A DNA stretch of 64,000 nt from Bacteroidetes bacterium UBA3022. GTDB lineage: Bacteria; Bacteroidota; Bacteroidia; Chitinophagales; BACL12. The stretch covers positions 9,017-73,016 of the forward strand of contig DDYY01000068.1 of NCBI GenBank assembly GCA_002346225.1. Direction: 5' to 3'. The stretch's first letter is position 1, and each line of letters begins with the position of its first letter. A model generated the notes under the pieces. It did no database searches, was not told the origin of the DNA, and worked only from the letters and a program-made list of their open reading frames with translations. The position numbers and the translations under genes are program-made. Of the stretch, positions 10,868 to 20,318 are shown one piece after another.

Positions 10868-11575
10868 ATGAAAACAAAGTTGACTGTACCGGATTGCGAG
10901 CATTGTAAGAACCGAAATTCGATTCTTTTTCATTTCTGCCATACCACTGAAACTGAGGTAATTAACGAAAATAAAACCTGTGCCCTCTACAAAAAAGGAC
11001 AGGTTGTTTTTCATGAGGAATCGAATTCTTATGGATTGTATTGCCTTAACTCAGGCAAAGTAAAACTCTATAAAATGGGTCCCGATGGCAAAGAGCAAAT
11101 ACTCAAAATCGTTACACCGGGTGATTTTATTGGTTATGGTGCATTATTATCTTCCTCCCCATACAGGGTGACGGCAGAAGTTATTCAGGATGCTGTAATC
11201 TGTTTTGTTCCCAAAGAAATCATCATTCAGCTGTTCAAAGACAACAGCAGGTTTTCGGAAGGAATGGTCAAACTACTGACTAAGACGCTCGATGATACGG
11301 TAGAAAAAATGGCTGACATTGCCTACAAACCTGTTCGCGGTCGCATTGCGGAAGCATTGCTCATTCTTAAGGAGACTTACAAGGACGATTCCAACCCGGA
11401 TGGTATCATCAATATTACCAGGGAAGATTTGGCATCCTACGTAGGTACTGTGAAAGAAACAGCCATCAGGGTATTGAAAGATTTTAAGGAGGAAGGTCTG
11501 GTTACTACCGAAAGCCACTCTATAAAAATCATAGATGCGAAAGGCCTCGCCCGCGTTTGCGAACTGTACGACTAA
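10868..11575 (+). CDS. Crp/Fnr-family transcriptional regulator, FNR-like (N-terminal Cys cluster)
   Basis: 235 aa. Cys10, Cys13, Cys24 and Cys38 precede the cNMP-like beta-roll. The C-terminal HTH TREDLASYVGTVKETAIRVLKDFKEEG parallels the FNR E--SR recognition helix (here E--AR). Confidence 0.85.
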   Translation: MKTKLTVPDCEHCKNRNSILFHFCHTTETEVINENKTCALYKKGQVVFHEESNSYGLYCLNSGKVKLYKMGPDGKEQILKIVTPGDFIGYGALLSSSPYRVTAEVIQDAVICFVPKEIIIQLFKDNSRFSEGMVKLLTKTLDDTVEKMADIAYKPVRGRIAEALLILKETYKDDSNPDGIINITREDLASYVGTVKETAIRVLKDFKEEGLVTTESHSIKIIDAKGLARVCELYD

Positions 11576-11610
11576 TACGGTATACCTTCTTTATTCAGCT
11601 TCCGGATACC

Positions 11611-12135
11611 TCAGAACCAGCCGCGTCCCAGGTTGCCGTAGAAAGGCCAGGGTATCGCAATTAATATTAAAATTAAGGCAATAAGATACCAGCGAAACTG
11701 TGCCTTGTTGGCTGCAGTGCCTGTAATACTTTTCTTAGCCATCCTGTATCCCAGGTGAATACTTAAAACAGCCAGCAACATCATGATGAAGTGCTCTACC
11801 AAGAAATACCTGGCGGTATTATTGGATATAACGTCCTTAAACTGATTGATTTTGAAATGCGTCCGGGTATCCATATACACATACCAGAGCACCAAACCTA
11901 TCAGCAGTTGCAGGTCGGTAAGTATCATGGTAATAAGTCCGAACAATTTTGCAGCTCCTGCATAGGCGCCCCCGCTTTTTACATTTCTATACGCCGCTAC
12001 GATGGCAATTATCAAGGCTATCAGCAACAGATAACGCAGCCCGGAGTGACCGTGCAGCAAACCTGTATACATAGATTCCGGAATCGGTAGCCCTTCATTG
12101 GCTCCGTTCAAAAGTATCGTTTTGAATCCTACCAT
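11611..12135 (-). CDS. polytopic membrane protein of unknown function
   Basis: 174 aa with about 4 hydrophobic helices. ATG start; separated by 1 nt from the upstream ORF stop. Confidence 0.55.
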   Translation of the reverse strand: MVGFKTILLNGANEGLPIPESMYTGLLHGHSGLRYLLLIALIIAIVAAYRNVKSGGAYAGAAKLFGLITMILTDLQLLIGLVLWYVYMDTRTHFKINQFKDVISNNTARYFLVEHFIMMLLAVLSIHLGYRMAKKSITGTAANKAQFRWYLIALILILIAIPWPFYGNLGRGWF

Positions 12136-12136
12136 A

Positions 12137-12445
12137 TCATTTACCTTTTAGCAGTTCCCGGTAAACCTGAAACTTATCCCTGAATTTTTGTTGCTGTTCA
12201 GGATTTAATATTGACATGATTTCATCCTGAAATTCGCGCTTCTCTGCCTGGACCTTAGCCTTATCTCGGGCTTGCTTAGCAGCTTTTCTGTCTTCGAAGA
12301 AGGACCGCAGAGCAGCTTCCACACCAGCTTGCTGCTGGCTGTCCAGACCCAAATCATTTTTCAGCGCCAGGATAAATGCACTTGCCTTATCAGCGCCACT
12401 ACCGCCTGATTTATTTCCTCCTAAAAATTTCGAAAACAGACTCAT
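12137..12445 (-). CDS. small Lys/Gln-rich helical protein (LTXXQ-like, Spy/CpxP-like?)
   Basis: 102 aa with motif LNPEQQQKFRDKF. No obvious signal peptide. Confidence 0.45.
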   Translation of the reverse strand: MSLFSKFLGGNKSGGSGADKASAFILALKNDLGLDSQQQAGVEAALRSFFEDRKAAKQARDKAKVQAEKREFQDEIMSILNPEQQQKFRDKFQVYRELLKGK

Positions 12446-12549
12446 ATTTTAACTATTTTGCTGATGCTAAGTTAACAGCCCAATGGGGTAAACCCAAATT
12501 ATATAGGTTGTCGAAACGATAAAATCATTTCGATAGCTCCTGAAACACC

Positions 12550-14949
12550 TTAGAAACTGGAACGCAATGCCACAATAATATTTCGACCGGGAGCTACAAT
12601 CCCGGAAGAATAGGGCCGATACCGCACATCTGTCAGATTTTCCATTCCCAGTTGGATATTCAACCAATGTACGATTTGATAACCAGCCATAATATTGAGG
12701 GTTGCCCATGAAGGGCTGTACGGCATACCCTCACTATTCACGGCATATAAATGTGGTTTATCTTTTTCACTGGGCGCTAATTCCTCATAGGGCACGGCAG
12801 CATTATAGTCAGCATATACGTCGCAACGAAAACGCTTCACCTGAAAAATTGCTCTTGTCGTGGCATAAAGTGGTGGAGCATGTCTGAGCGGAACAAAATT
12901 ATCTCCTGAAGTTTCTTCCTGTTCCTTTCCTTCTGTCCATGTTAACTGACCGGAAAAAGTAAGGAATCTGTTGACATTCCACCTCGCCGAAAATTCCAGG
13001 CCATACACAAATGCAGCATCAATATTTTGCAGTGCCTGCACACGGCTTAGTGTTCCGTCATAATCGATACTATCAGCTCCATTCAAACTGAAATCGCGAC
13101 GCACTATGGCATTGTTCAACCACGAATAGAAACCTGTTACCTGTATCTGAGTTTGCTGCCGCTGCCTCCAGATAATTCCAAGGTCTCCGTTCCACAAATA
13201 CTCTGGAAGCAGGGCCGGGTTGGGTACCACTACATTTCCCGGCTCAGAATCAAATACTTTACCTATGTCATCAATATTGGGCGAACGAAAGCCGGTAGAT
13301 CCATTCACATTCACCTGCCAGTTGGTTGCAGGTAACCAGGCCAACCCGACACTTCCGGTGAGGGCTCCTCTATTCAGACTCGCTTCAGTAAATGGAAAGG
13401 GATAGAATGCGGTATCAAAGCTTGCATCCAGTAATACCTGATTGTACCTGAGCCCTGTCTGCAGCGTTACATTATCTCTTATTGTATACTTATTACTAGC
13501 ATATAATGCATAGGATTGCCAGCTGGAACCATCCGGATATCTGGAAGCGGCTTCACTCACTATTCCAACATCAATATCTCTGTCCGTTCCGACTGAACCC
13601 ACGGCATTATATACCAGCTCTGCCCCGTAGAACCAGGTAGAAAGACCTGCTTTCTTTTGAAAATCCAGATTCAGGGAGTAAGCATCCACCCGCTCTTCTC
13701 TTATTCTTTCGAGACTGCGGCGGTAGCTTCGATCTACCCGACTTTCTTCAAACAATTGATAAGCCATCGTTAGCCTGGCTACATCATATAAGCCGGTACT
13801 CTTTACATGCTGCAACTGAAGATTGTGCATGTTCCAAAGCATAGGTCCGTAATACCATACTGCTGATCTGGGCAGTCCGTTCCTATATTCAATGAGACGA
13901 TCGTACCTATCGTACTCAGAAGTCCTCGAATAATAGAATCCATAGGTCAAATCCCAGTCTGCATTGGGCTTATAGCGCAACTTCTGAATGAAGTTACTGA
14001 GCCGCATGTCACTTGGAACCTGCACCTGAGGATCCGGGTTGGGAACAATGGAATCCATGCCGTCTATTTGCACGACATATTCAGGACGCAAATATTCTTC
14101 CGGTCCATTGGAACCCATCCTTAAATCCCCTACAGAGGTATAACCAATACTTGTAAAAGCACCCCACTTCTCTCCTCCCAGTTTGAGATTAATATTTCCT
14201 GATAACTCCTCATTCGCACTTGCATACCGGGTAAATGCGTTTCCCTCTACCAGTAAATGCCCGCCGGTTGCCAACTCCGGTGTGATGGTATGGAAATCCA
14301 TTACGCCGCCCAGTGCGTCACTTCCGTACATCAGTGAGCCAGGACCATAAACGACCTCTACTCCTTCCAGGGCATTGGGATTGACAGATAATACATTCTG
14401 GATATTGCCTGATCTAAATATTGCCGTATTCATCCGTACACCATCTACCACCATCAATAATCTGTTGGCTGCAAACCCCCTGATCATCGGACTTCCCCCT
14501 CCAAACTGGCTCTTTTGAACAAATACAGCTCCACTTTGCTGCAACATATCAGCTGCAGTTTGCGGGTTATTGAATGCGATATCTCTCGCATCGATGGCTA
14601 CTATACGATTGGGCACCTCCCTGCTATCCTGTTCCCACCTATTCGCACTAATCACCACATCATCCAGAGAAAAAGCCGCAGGTTGCAGTGTTATACCGTT
14701 GGCTGCTGCGCTGCGGGCAATGGTTACTGGCAAATACCCGATGTGGGCGACAATCAGCGAATCTGAATCTGCGAAAATAGAGAGATCAACCAGTCCCTGC
14801 TGATTGCTTATGGTATATACTTGTGTTACCGGATCACTCACAGTGGCATATTCCAGAGGTCGCAGGGTAGTAGCATCAACCACCTTGACAACTTGCGTGC
14901 GAACCGGCACTGTGAGACCCAGCAACATTAATATTAATATATTTTTCAT
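12550..14949 (-). CDS. TonB-dependent receptor
   Basis: 799 aa. Signal peptide, carboxypeptidase-regulatory-like N-domain, plug region (..GGGSPMIRGF..) and C-terminal ..ALRSSF aromatic terminus. Confidence 0.9.
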   Translation of the reverse strand: MKNILILMLLGLTVPVRTQVVKVVDATTLRPLEYATVSDPVTQVYTISNQQGLVDLSIFADSDSLIVAHIGYLPVTIARSAAANGITLQPAAFSLDDVVISANRWEQDSREVPNRIVAIDARDIAFNNPQTAADMLQQSGAVFVQKSQFGGGSPMIRGFAANRLLMVVDGVRMNTAIFRSGNIQNVLSVNPNALEGVEVVYGPGSLMYGSDALGGVMDFHTITPELATGGHLLVEGNAFTRYASANEELSGNINLKLGGEKWGAFTSIGYTSVGDLRMGSNGPEEYLRPEYVVQIDGMDSIVPNPDPQVQVPSDMRLSNFIQKLRYKPNADWDLTYGFYYSRTSEYDRYDRLIEYRNGLPRSAVWYYGPMLWNMHNLQLQHVKSTGLYDVARLTMAYQLFEESRVDRSYRRSLERIREERVDAYSLNLDFQKKAGLSTWFYGAELVYNAVGSVGTDRDIDVGIVSEAASRYPDGSSWQSYALYASNKYTIRDNVTLQTGLRYNQVLLDASFDTAFYPFPFTEASLNRGALTGSVGLAWLPATNWQVNVNGSTGFRSPNIDDIGKVFDSEPGNVVVPNPALLPEYLWNGDLGIIWRQRQQTQIQVTGFYSWLNNAIVRRDFSLNGADSIDYDGTLSRVQALQNIDAAFVYGLEFSARWNVNRFLTFSGQLTWTEGKEQEETSGDNFVPLRHAPPLYATTRAIFQVKRFRCDVYADYNAAVPYEELAPSEKDKPHLYAVNSEGMPYSPSWATLNIMAGYQIVHWLNIQLGMENLTDVRYRPYSSGIVAPGRNIIVALRSSF

Positions 14950-14991
14950 ATTTAATAATTCATGTTACTAATTCATTCCCATAAGAATCGA

Positions 14992-15489
14992 TTAGCTTTT
15001 GGGCGGCTGCCAAATGAGGGGCAGCGCTGCTGTGCTACAGCTACCTATGAAGTATATTGACGGCAGAAAACACGAGGAGGGATACTGCCGCAGGGTAAAT
15101 TCCGTAACCGGTAAATAAGGACCGGTGGCATGAATACGTAAATATTGCAACTGACCAGCAGTATCGGTTGATTCCGCTAATGACGCTTCCATTGCAGTCT
15201 CCTTTTCATCCCGATAAGCCTTTGCAATTAGATTCCCCGCTTCAGTTTTCCATTCAAAAAGGTCGAATTTCTCTCCCTGAAATACAATTTCATGGGCCTT
15301 GACCCAGGTAATTTCTGTCAGGGGAACAACGATATCTTCCAACGCATAGCCTTCCTGTTCCATAGCGGGTATGGAACGGTGTTGATACTGTAATTGTGCC
15401 CATGCACCCCAATGCACCAGACTGGCCATACCCGGAAAGACGAGAATACCCAGAAGGATAATTGCAGTAAAATACCTGACCATTGCCAT
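14992..15489 (-). CDS. hypothetical N-terminally anchored protein
   Basis: 165 aa with one N-terminal hydrophobic helix. Lies 42 bp upstream of the TonB-dependent receptor on the same strand. Confidence 0.45.
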   Translation of the reverse strand: MAMVRYFTAIILLGILVFPGMASLVHWGAWAQLQYQHRSIPAMEQEGYALEDIVVPLTEITWVKAHEIVFQGEKFDLFEWKTEAGNLIAKAYRDEKETAMEASLAESTDTAGQLQYLRIHATGPYLPVTEFTLRQYPSSCFLPSIYFIGSCSTAALPLIWQPPKS

Positions 15490-15561
15490 GCAGCCGAAAG
15501 ATAATATAGTTTCAAAGGAATGAAGCTACCCTATTTAATCAATTGTTAAAGGCGAGTCATA

Positions 15562-15597
15562 CCCAAAAGGAAAAGGGTCAGCCAATGCTGACCCTTC
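15562..15597 (-). terminator. rho-independent terminator after tRNA-Arg
   Basis: 10-bp perfect stem AAGGGTCAGC/GCTGACCCTT (15573..15596) with a 4-nt loop, followed on the minus strand by TTCCTTTTGGG. Confidence 0.6.
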
Positions 15598-15600
15598 TTG

Positions 15601-15672
15601 TAGCCCCGACAGGAATCGAACCTGTATCTGAGGTACCGGAAACCTCCATTCTATCCATTGAACTACGGAGCC
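15601..15672 (-). tRNA. tRNA-Arg (anticodon CCG)
   Basis: Reverse complement folds as a cloverleaf: GGCTCCG TA GTTC AATGGATA GAAT G GAGGT TTCCGGT ACCTC AGAT ACAGG TTCGATT CCTGT CGGGGCT A. CCA is not encoded. Confidence 0.9.
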
Positions 15673-15734
15673 AAACAGTTCAAAATACCGCTAAGGCAAC
15701 TCGACCTTCAACAGAAAAGTAGTGTTGCACCTGG

Positions 15735-15806
15735 TAGCCTCGACAGGAATCGAACCTGTATCTAAAGTTTAGGAAACTTCTATTCTATCCATTGAACTAC
15801 GAGGCC
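15735..15806 (-). tRNA. tRNA-Arg (anticodon CCT)
   Basis: Reverse complement: GGCCTCG TA GTTC AATGGATA GAAT A GAAGT TTCCTAA ACTTT AGAT ACAGG TTCGATT CCTGT CGAGGCT A. D and T arms are identical to the neighbouring tRNA. Confidence 0.9.
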
Positions 15807-15813
15807 GGGAGCG

Positions 15814-15821
15814 CAAAATTA
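15814..15821 (-). promoter_or_regulatory. -7 promoter box TAATTTTG for the tRNA pair
   Basis: Exact TAnnTTTG on the minus strand, ending 7 nt upstream of the tRNA 5' end (15806). Confidence 0.45.
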
Positions 15822-15922
15822 GTGATTAATGGCTGGTATTCAAACGTACAACAACCAATTTACAAGTGAACTGGTAGCCCTCTTCTGCAGTATATATTGC
15901 TGGAAATAGCCTCAGGTACAGA

Positions 15923-17551
15923 CTAAAAATCGTAGTAGCTATTGAACAGATCCGTTTTAAGCGCCACCATGAACTGCATGGTATTGATACTTCGCTGAAC
16001 GTTATCATAGCTGCGAATGAAAATCTGCCCCTCCAGATTGAGATTGATTTTAGGATTCAGCAGATATCCGGCACGCAAATCTGCGCTGAATATTGTGGTT
16101 TCCATCCCTTGACCAATGGTGTTTCCGTAAGAATCAGGGAAGCCCGGGATGGTAAAATCAGACAAGAAAATATCAGAACCGACATTGGATGTTTCAGATG
16201 TATCCAGACCTACAATGGCTGACTGAATCTTAGCTGACAGGTAATACCGGTAGTGGAACCTGTATTCGGCCAGAAACATCAACTCCCTGAAGTTGGCCCC
16301 CAGTGGATGGGCGAGTGGTTGATTGAGGTGAGCGTAATTCTGAACGGGTTCTTTGTGCGCGTATGTGTAGGGATTCGCCTGATTCAACTCGGCTTGTACC
16401 ATCCCGGCATGCTTGTAGTCGGGGGTATGCATGAAGTATTTCGCACCGGCCTGCACACCGAATTTATTCCTATGGAATCCTTCCCCGTCCCTTGCAGCAG
16501 CAACATCCAGGTCATCCAGCATGAACTGTCCATAAAGGACCAGCCTGTCTATAGGTTTCAGTTTGAGGTTTAAACCCATTACGGCATTATCGGGTGATCC
16601 CAAACCGAATTCTATTGGGCGGAAAAATATAATAGGATTTAAATAATTGGGATCGAAACCCCTGGTTTTGGTAGAGTCATTATTCGGCCAGATGATACCT
16701 TCGAACAATCCGATTTGCAGCCAATCGAAAGCATCGAAACTGAGGTAGTGGAATGAGCCCCATTTCCGGGTCACCCCAATAAGGGTATCGGTACCGTTAA
16801 TGGCATCCTGAAATTGGGTATACAGATTGACGTAGCGGATCTTCCAGACAGAGGTATTTATTTTTAGAAAGGGATAATACAAAGCATTATCGCTCAGCAA
16901 CATAGACCGGTAACCCTCGCCGATAAAATGCTTATCGTGTCCCAGCTGGAAATTAAAGTAGTTATTGGGCGTATAGGAAACATAACCGGTAGCATTGGCA
17001 AAATCGAAAGCATTGCCTTTGAAATTCCGCCCCTTGCCTTGCCCCGGCACTACGTCCCTGGTCCGGATAAAGTTGGAAAGATAGGTAGGGAACTTAGCCT
17101 GATTTTCTCTGAAAGTGGTATTGATACTTACTTTGCGCTTCTCACCGATATCAGCATTTACTGCAATACCTCTGGTATTAACCCATAAGCCCCGCTGGTC
17201 TTCCAGGTCCAGCCCTCCTCCAAAATTCACAAGCGGATCAATGGTAAGCTTAAAGTCCGGCTGATTGACCTGCACCATGTTATCATAGGCAATCCAGTTC
17301 CAGACTTTACCCGGAAACTTTTCTCCTGAAAGGGTATCGAGCTTGAAGACATCTTCGTAGCGTACAATGCTATCCAGCTCACCATGGCGCCAGGGCTTGA
17401 TGGAACTGTGGAAATGAACCCCTTTTTGCTGAACTGCCGGTTCATAAAAATTGTACAGCGAACGATGCAGGTATAGATTAGACTGCTGAGCCACTGCTGA
17501 GCCCATAACGCAGCACAGGAAAAAAACCAGGAATTTAGAATGCATTTTCAT
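15923..17551 (-). CDS. outer-membrane protein, capsule-assembly Wzi / RemB-like
   Basis: 542 aa with a signal peptide, beta-rich sequence and C-terminal ..SYYDF. Its start overlaps the stop of the WbaP-type gene. Family assignment is from memory and context only. Confidence 0.5.
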   Translation of the reverse strand: MKMHSKFLVFFLCCVMGSAVAQQSNLYLHRSLYNFYEPAVQQKGVHFHSSIKPWRHGELDSIVRYEDVFKLDTLSGEKFPGKVWNWIAYDNMVQVNQPDFKLTIDPLVNFGGGLDLEDQRGLWVNTRGIAVNADIGEKRKVSINTTFRENQAKFPTYLSNFIRTRDVVPGQGKGRNFKGNAFDFANATGYVSYTPNNYFNFQLGHDKHFIGEGYRSMLLSDNALYYPFLKINTSVWKIRYVNLYTQFQDAINGTDTLIGVTRKWGSFHYLSFDAFDWLQIGLFEGIIWPNNDSTKTRGFDPNYLNPIIFFRPIEFGLGSPDNAVMGLNLKLKPIDRLVLYGQFMLDDLDVAAARDGEGFHRNKFGVQAGAKYFMHTPDYKHAGMVQAELNQANPYTYAHKEPVQNYAHLNQPLAHPLGANFRELMFLAEYRFHYRYYLSAKIQSAIVGLDTSETSNVGSDIFLSDFTIPGFPDSYGNTIGQGMETTIFSADLRAGYLLNPKINLNLEGQIFIRSYDNVQRSINTMQFMVALKTDLFNSYYDF

Positions 17552-18935
17552 TGCCTTTTAACATGCTCCAGACCGTCAAAAATACAATCTTGACATCTAA
17601 CCAGAAACTCCAGTTTTCGAGATACCATACATCGTATTGCACTCTTTTTTCCATCAGCTTCGGATCGATGGTATCACCGCGGTAACCATTGGCCTGAGCA
17701 GCGCCCGTGATACCGGGTTTAACAAAATGACGCACCATGAAACTGTTGACAATCTTGGAGTATTCTTCGGTGTGTTTGAGCATGTGCGGGCGGGGGCCCA
17801 CAACTGACATATCGCCGAAAAGCACGTTGAGAAACTGGGGTAATTCATCCAGGTTGGATTTCCGGAGGAATCTACCCACAGAAGTAATGCGAGGGTCGTC
17901 CTTGGTAGCTTGTTTGGAATCGGCCTCTTTGTTGACATACATGGTCCTGAACTTGTAGCACAGAAACTCTTTATTCCTTTCTCCGGAGCGTTTTTGAATG
18001 AAGAAGACAGCCCCCTTGGAATTAAGTCTTACTGCCAGAGCCAACAAAGGAAAGAGCCAGGAACCTATGAGTAGCAGAAATACCATGCTGAATACGATAT
18101 CAAAAGATCGCTTCAACAAACGATTGTAGAGGTTATCGAGCGGTTCAGGCCTGGTCGTAAGAATGGGCATATTGCCATAGTACTCGATACTTACCTTTTT
18201 GAACCTTCTGTTAATGTATTCAGTGAACTCCGGGATAATTCTAAATCGAATAAGGTTGTCATCGGCAAACGACATCAATTCGTTGATTAACTCTTCATTT
18301 TTATTGGGCATTAATGCACAATATATTTCATCTATATGATTCTCGAAGCAGTACCATTTGATATCCTGCAAACCTCCCTTGGTGTCTGCCTCCAAAGCAA
18401 GTATGGGTTCGTTATCGAAATAACCCATGAACTTATAGCCGTATTCGTTGTGCTGTTCAGTCTCCTGGACAAACTGCATGGCTGCCCTGTTAGCGCCTAC
18501 AACAATTATCCTTCTGTAGTTGCCCCCTCTGGCCCGGTAGCGCTTCATGAATGTCTCGAAGCCGATTCTCCAGGCGAGATTTAAAACGGTGAAATTAAAG
18601 TAGGTCCAGAGCAGTAACTCCCTGGATAGGGTATAACCTTTCAGCACTACAATGTAGGCGAAGGTGAGCAGTACCTGAAAGGCCAGGATTTTAATAAACC
18701 GTATAAAAATGGTTTCGTAGCCAATCTTCCTGTCTACCTTGTAGTAATTCCCCACAGAGGTCACCAGGAACCACATGAAGTTAATGGCTACCAGCAACAT
18801 GGCGAATTTCTTATCTGTTACTTTGCTAAACCTATCGAAGGTTATGAACAGACCAATGAAATACGACAGGTTGAGTATAAAAAGATCAACCAAAAAATAG
18901 GTTATCTCAAGAAACTGAGAGTAGCGCCTTACCAT
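17535..18935 (-). CDS. polyprenyl-phosphate hexose-1-phosphate transferase (WbaP/exopolysaccharide initiating transferase)
   Basis: 466 aa with N-terminal TM helices. The C-terminal bacterial sugar transferase domain shows KRSFDIVFS.., ..YKFRTM.. and ..DELPQFLNVLFGDMSVVGPRP. Confidence 0.9.
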   Translation of the reverse strand: MVRRYSQFLEITYFLVDLFILNLSYFIGLFITFDRFSKVTDKKFAMLLVAINFMWFLVTSVGNYYKVDRKIGYETIFIRFIKILAFQVLLTFAYIVVLKGYTLSRELLLWTYFNFTVLNLAWRIGFETFMKRYRARGGNYRRIIVVGANRAAMQFVQETEQHNEYGYKFMGYFDNEPILALEADTKGGLQDIKWYCFENHIDEIYCALMPNKNEELINELMSFADDNLIRFRIIPEFTEYINRRFKKVSIEYYGNMPILTTRPEPLDNLYNRLLKRSFDIVFSMVFLLLIGSWLFPLLALAVRLNSKGAVFFIQKRSGERNKEFLCYKFRTMYVNKEADSKQATKDDPRITSVGRFLRKSNLDELPQFLNVLFGDMSVVGPRPHMLKHTEEYSKIVNSFMVRHFVKPGITGAAQANGYRGDTIDPKLMEKRVQYDVWYLENWSFWLDVKIVFLTVWSMLKGNENAF

Positions 18936-19066
18936 AGAGTTGTTTTCAACATGTAGAAGATGCTATGAAGGGATTATCGGTTGCTTGACAATCCTGTCAT
19001 ATTTTTTCTAAATGCGTTACAAAGTTGCACGCAAAGTGCCTAAGTAGGCTGTTTTGTGGGATTAAT

Positions 19067-19621
19067 TTAAGGTTGTATTAAGCTACTACACCAGTTAAAA
19101 AGTGACGCAAACTTTTCGTCTGACATTGTAACATCACTTTTTGTAATATGTACAGTATGCATACCCAGATTTTTGCCGAATTGGATATCGGATACAGAGT
19201 CACCCACGAGGACAGATTTAGAAAAATCAATTTCAGGAAATTGTGCTTTTGCTTGTAAAGCCATGCCAGGCAATGGCTTACGACAATTGCAGTTGGGGTC
19301 ATCCTGTAAATGCGGACAAAAATAGCATGCGTCAATTCGGCCGCCGGCGGTAACTACCTCCTCCAGCATTCTTCGGTGAATATCCTGCAAGTCGGCCTCT
19401 GTAAACAGCCCACGGCCTATTCCACGCTGGTTGGTTGTGACAACGATACGGCCAAATATGCCATTGAGTTCCTGCAGTGCCGTCAACACACCCGGGAGAA
19501 ACGTAAAACGCTCCCAAGATCGGACATAATCATGGTCGATTTTTTCATTGATGACGCCATCCCTGTCGAGAAACAAGGTCCAGGATGCATCAAAAGCAGG
19601 ACGTTCCCCTCTTTTCTTCAT
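19067..19621 (-). CDS. gmhB: D-glycero-D-manno-heptose 1,7-bisphosphate phosphatase
   Basis: HAD-IIIA motif LFLDRDGVIN and Zn-binding CYFCPH..CNCRKP motif; 184 aa. Confidence 0.85.
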   Translation of the reverse strand: MKKRGERPAFDASWTLFLDRDGVINEKIDHDYVRSWERFTFLPGVLTALQELNGIFGRIVVTTNQRGIGRGLFTEADLQDIHRRMLEEVVTAGGRIDACYFCPHLQDDPNCNCRKPLPGMALQAKAQFPEIDFSKSVLVGDSVSDIQFGKNLGMHTVHITKSDVTMSDEKFASLFNWCSSLIQP

Positions 19622-19622
19622 T

Positions 19623-20318
19623 TCAGCTATTGGCGAAATCTACCTGCGCCCGTGCATAGTCTTCCGGGATACCGATGTCAATAAAATAGGTATCACTGAT
19701 CATTCCGAAGATTCTACCTTCAGGGTAGTATTTTTCTAATATTTCTTTTTCAAAGCTAAAGACAGCCGGCAGGGAGTCAGGGAAGATATCTGTATTCAAG
19801 CAGTAAACCCCGCCATTAATATTACCCTGTTCCAGGAATCGCTTTTCCTTAAAGCCCGTTACCCTATGCTGATCATCGGTCTCGACAGTACCATAGCGAT
19901 CGAAGTTTTGCATAGGTTTTAACGCTAGTGTGAGAGCCGCACCTGTTTGCTGATGCAACTCCTCGAGCGATGCGAGCGAAACATCAAAGAAGGTATCACC
20001 ATTTATAACAAATGCTCTACTGCCATGCAACAAGTTACACGCCTGGCGTATACCTCCACCTGTTCCGAGCGGTTCTTCTTCTTCGCTGTAGATCAGTTGC
20101 ATGTTCCCGGACTGTTTGCCGTAGTGGTTGATAATCACCTCGCGGAGATGACCCACCGCCAAAATGACTCTGGTCACACCCTGCTGCTCCAGCCAGCGCA
20201 AAATATAATCGAGGAATGGAGATCCTGCTACCGGAGCCATGGGTTTCGGCAAATCGGCCACAACACTTTTGAGTCGCGTTCCAAATCCACCTGCCAGCAC
20301 AATGGCTTCCTGTGTCAT
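19623..20318 (-). CDS. hddC: D-glycero-alpha-D-manno-heptose 1-phosphate guanylyltransferase
   Basis: NTP-transferase motif AIVLAGGFGTRLKS; 231 aa. Sits between gmhB and gmhA. Confidence 0.75.
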   Translation of the reverse strand: MTQEAIVLAGGFGTRLKSVVADLPKPMAPVAGSPFLDYILRWLEQQGVTRVILAVGHLREVIINHYGKQSGNMQLIYSEEEEPLGTGGGIRQACNLLHGSRAFVINGDTFFDVSLASLEELHQQTGAALTLALKPMQNFDRYGTVETDDQHRVTGFKEKRFLEQGNINGGVYCLNTDIFPDSLPAVFSFEKEILEKYYPEGRIFGMISDTYFIDIGIPEDYARAQVDFANS

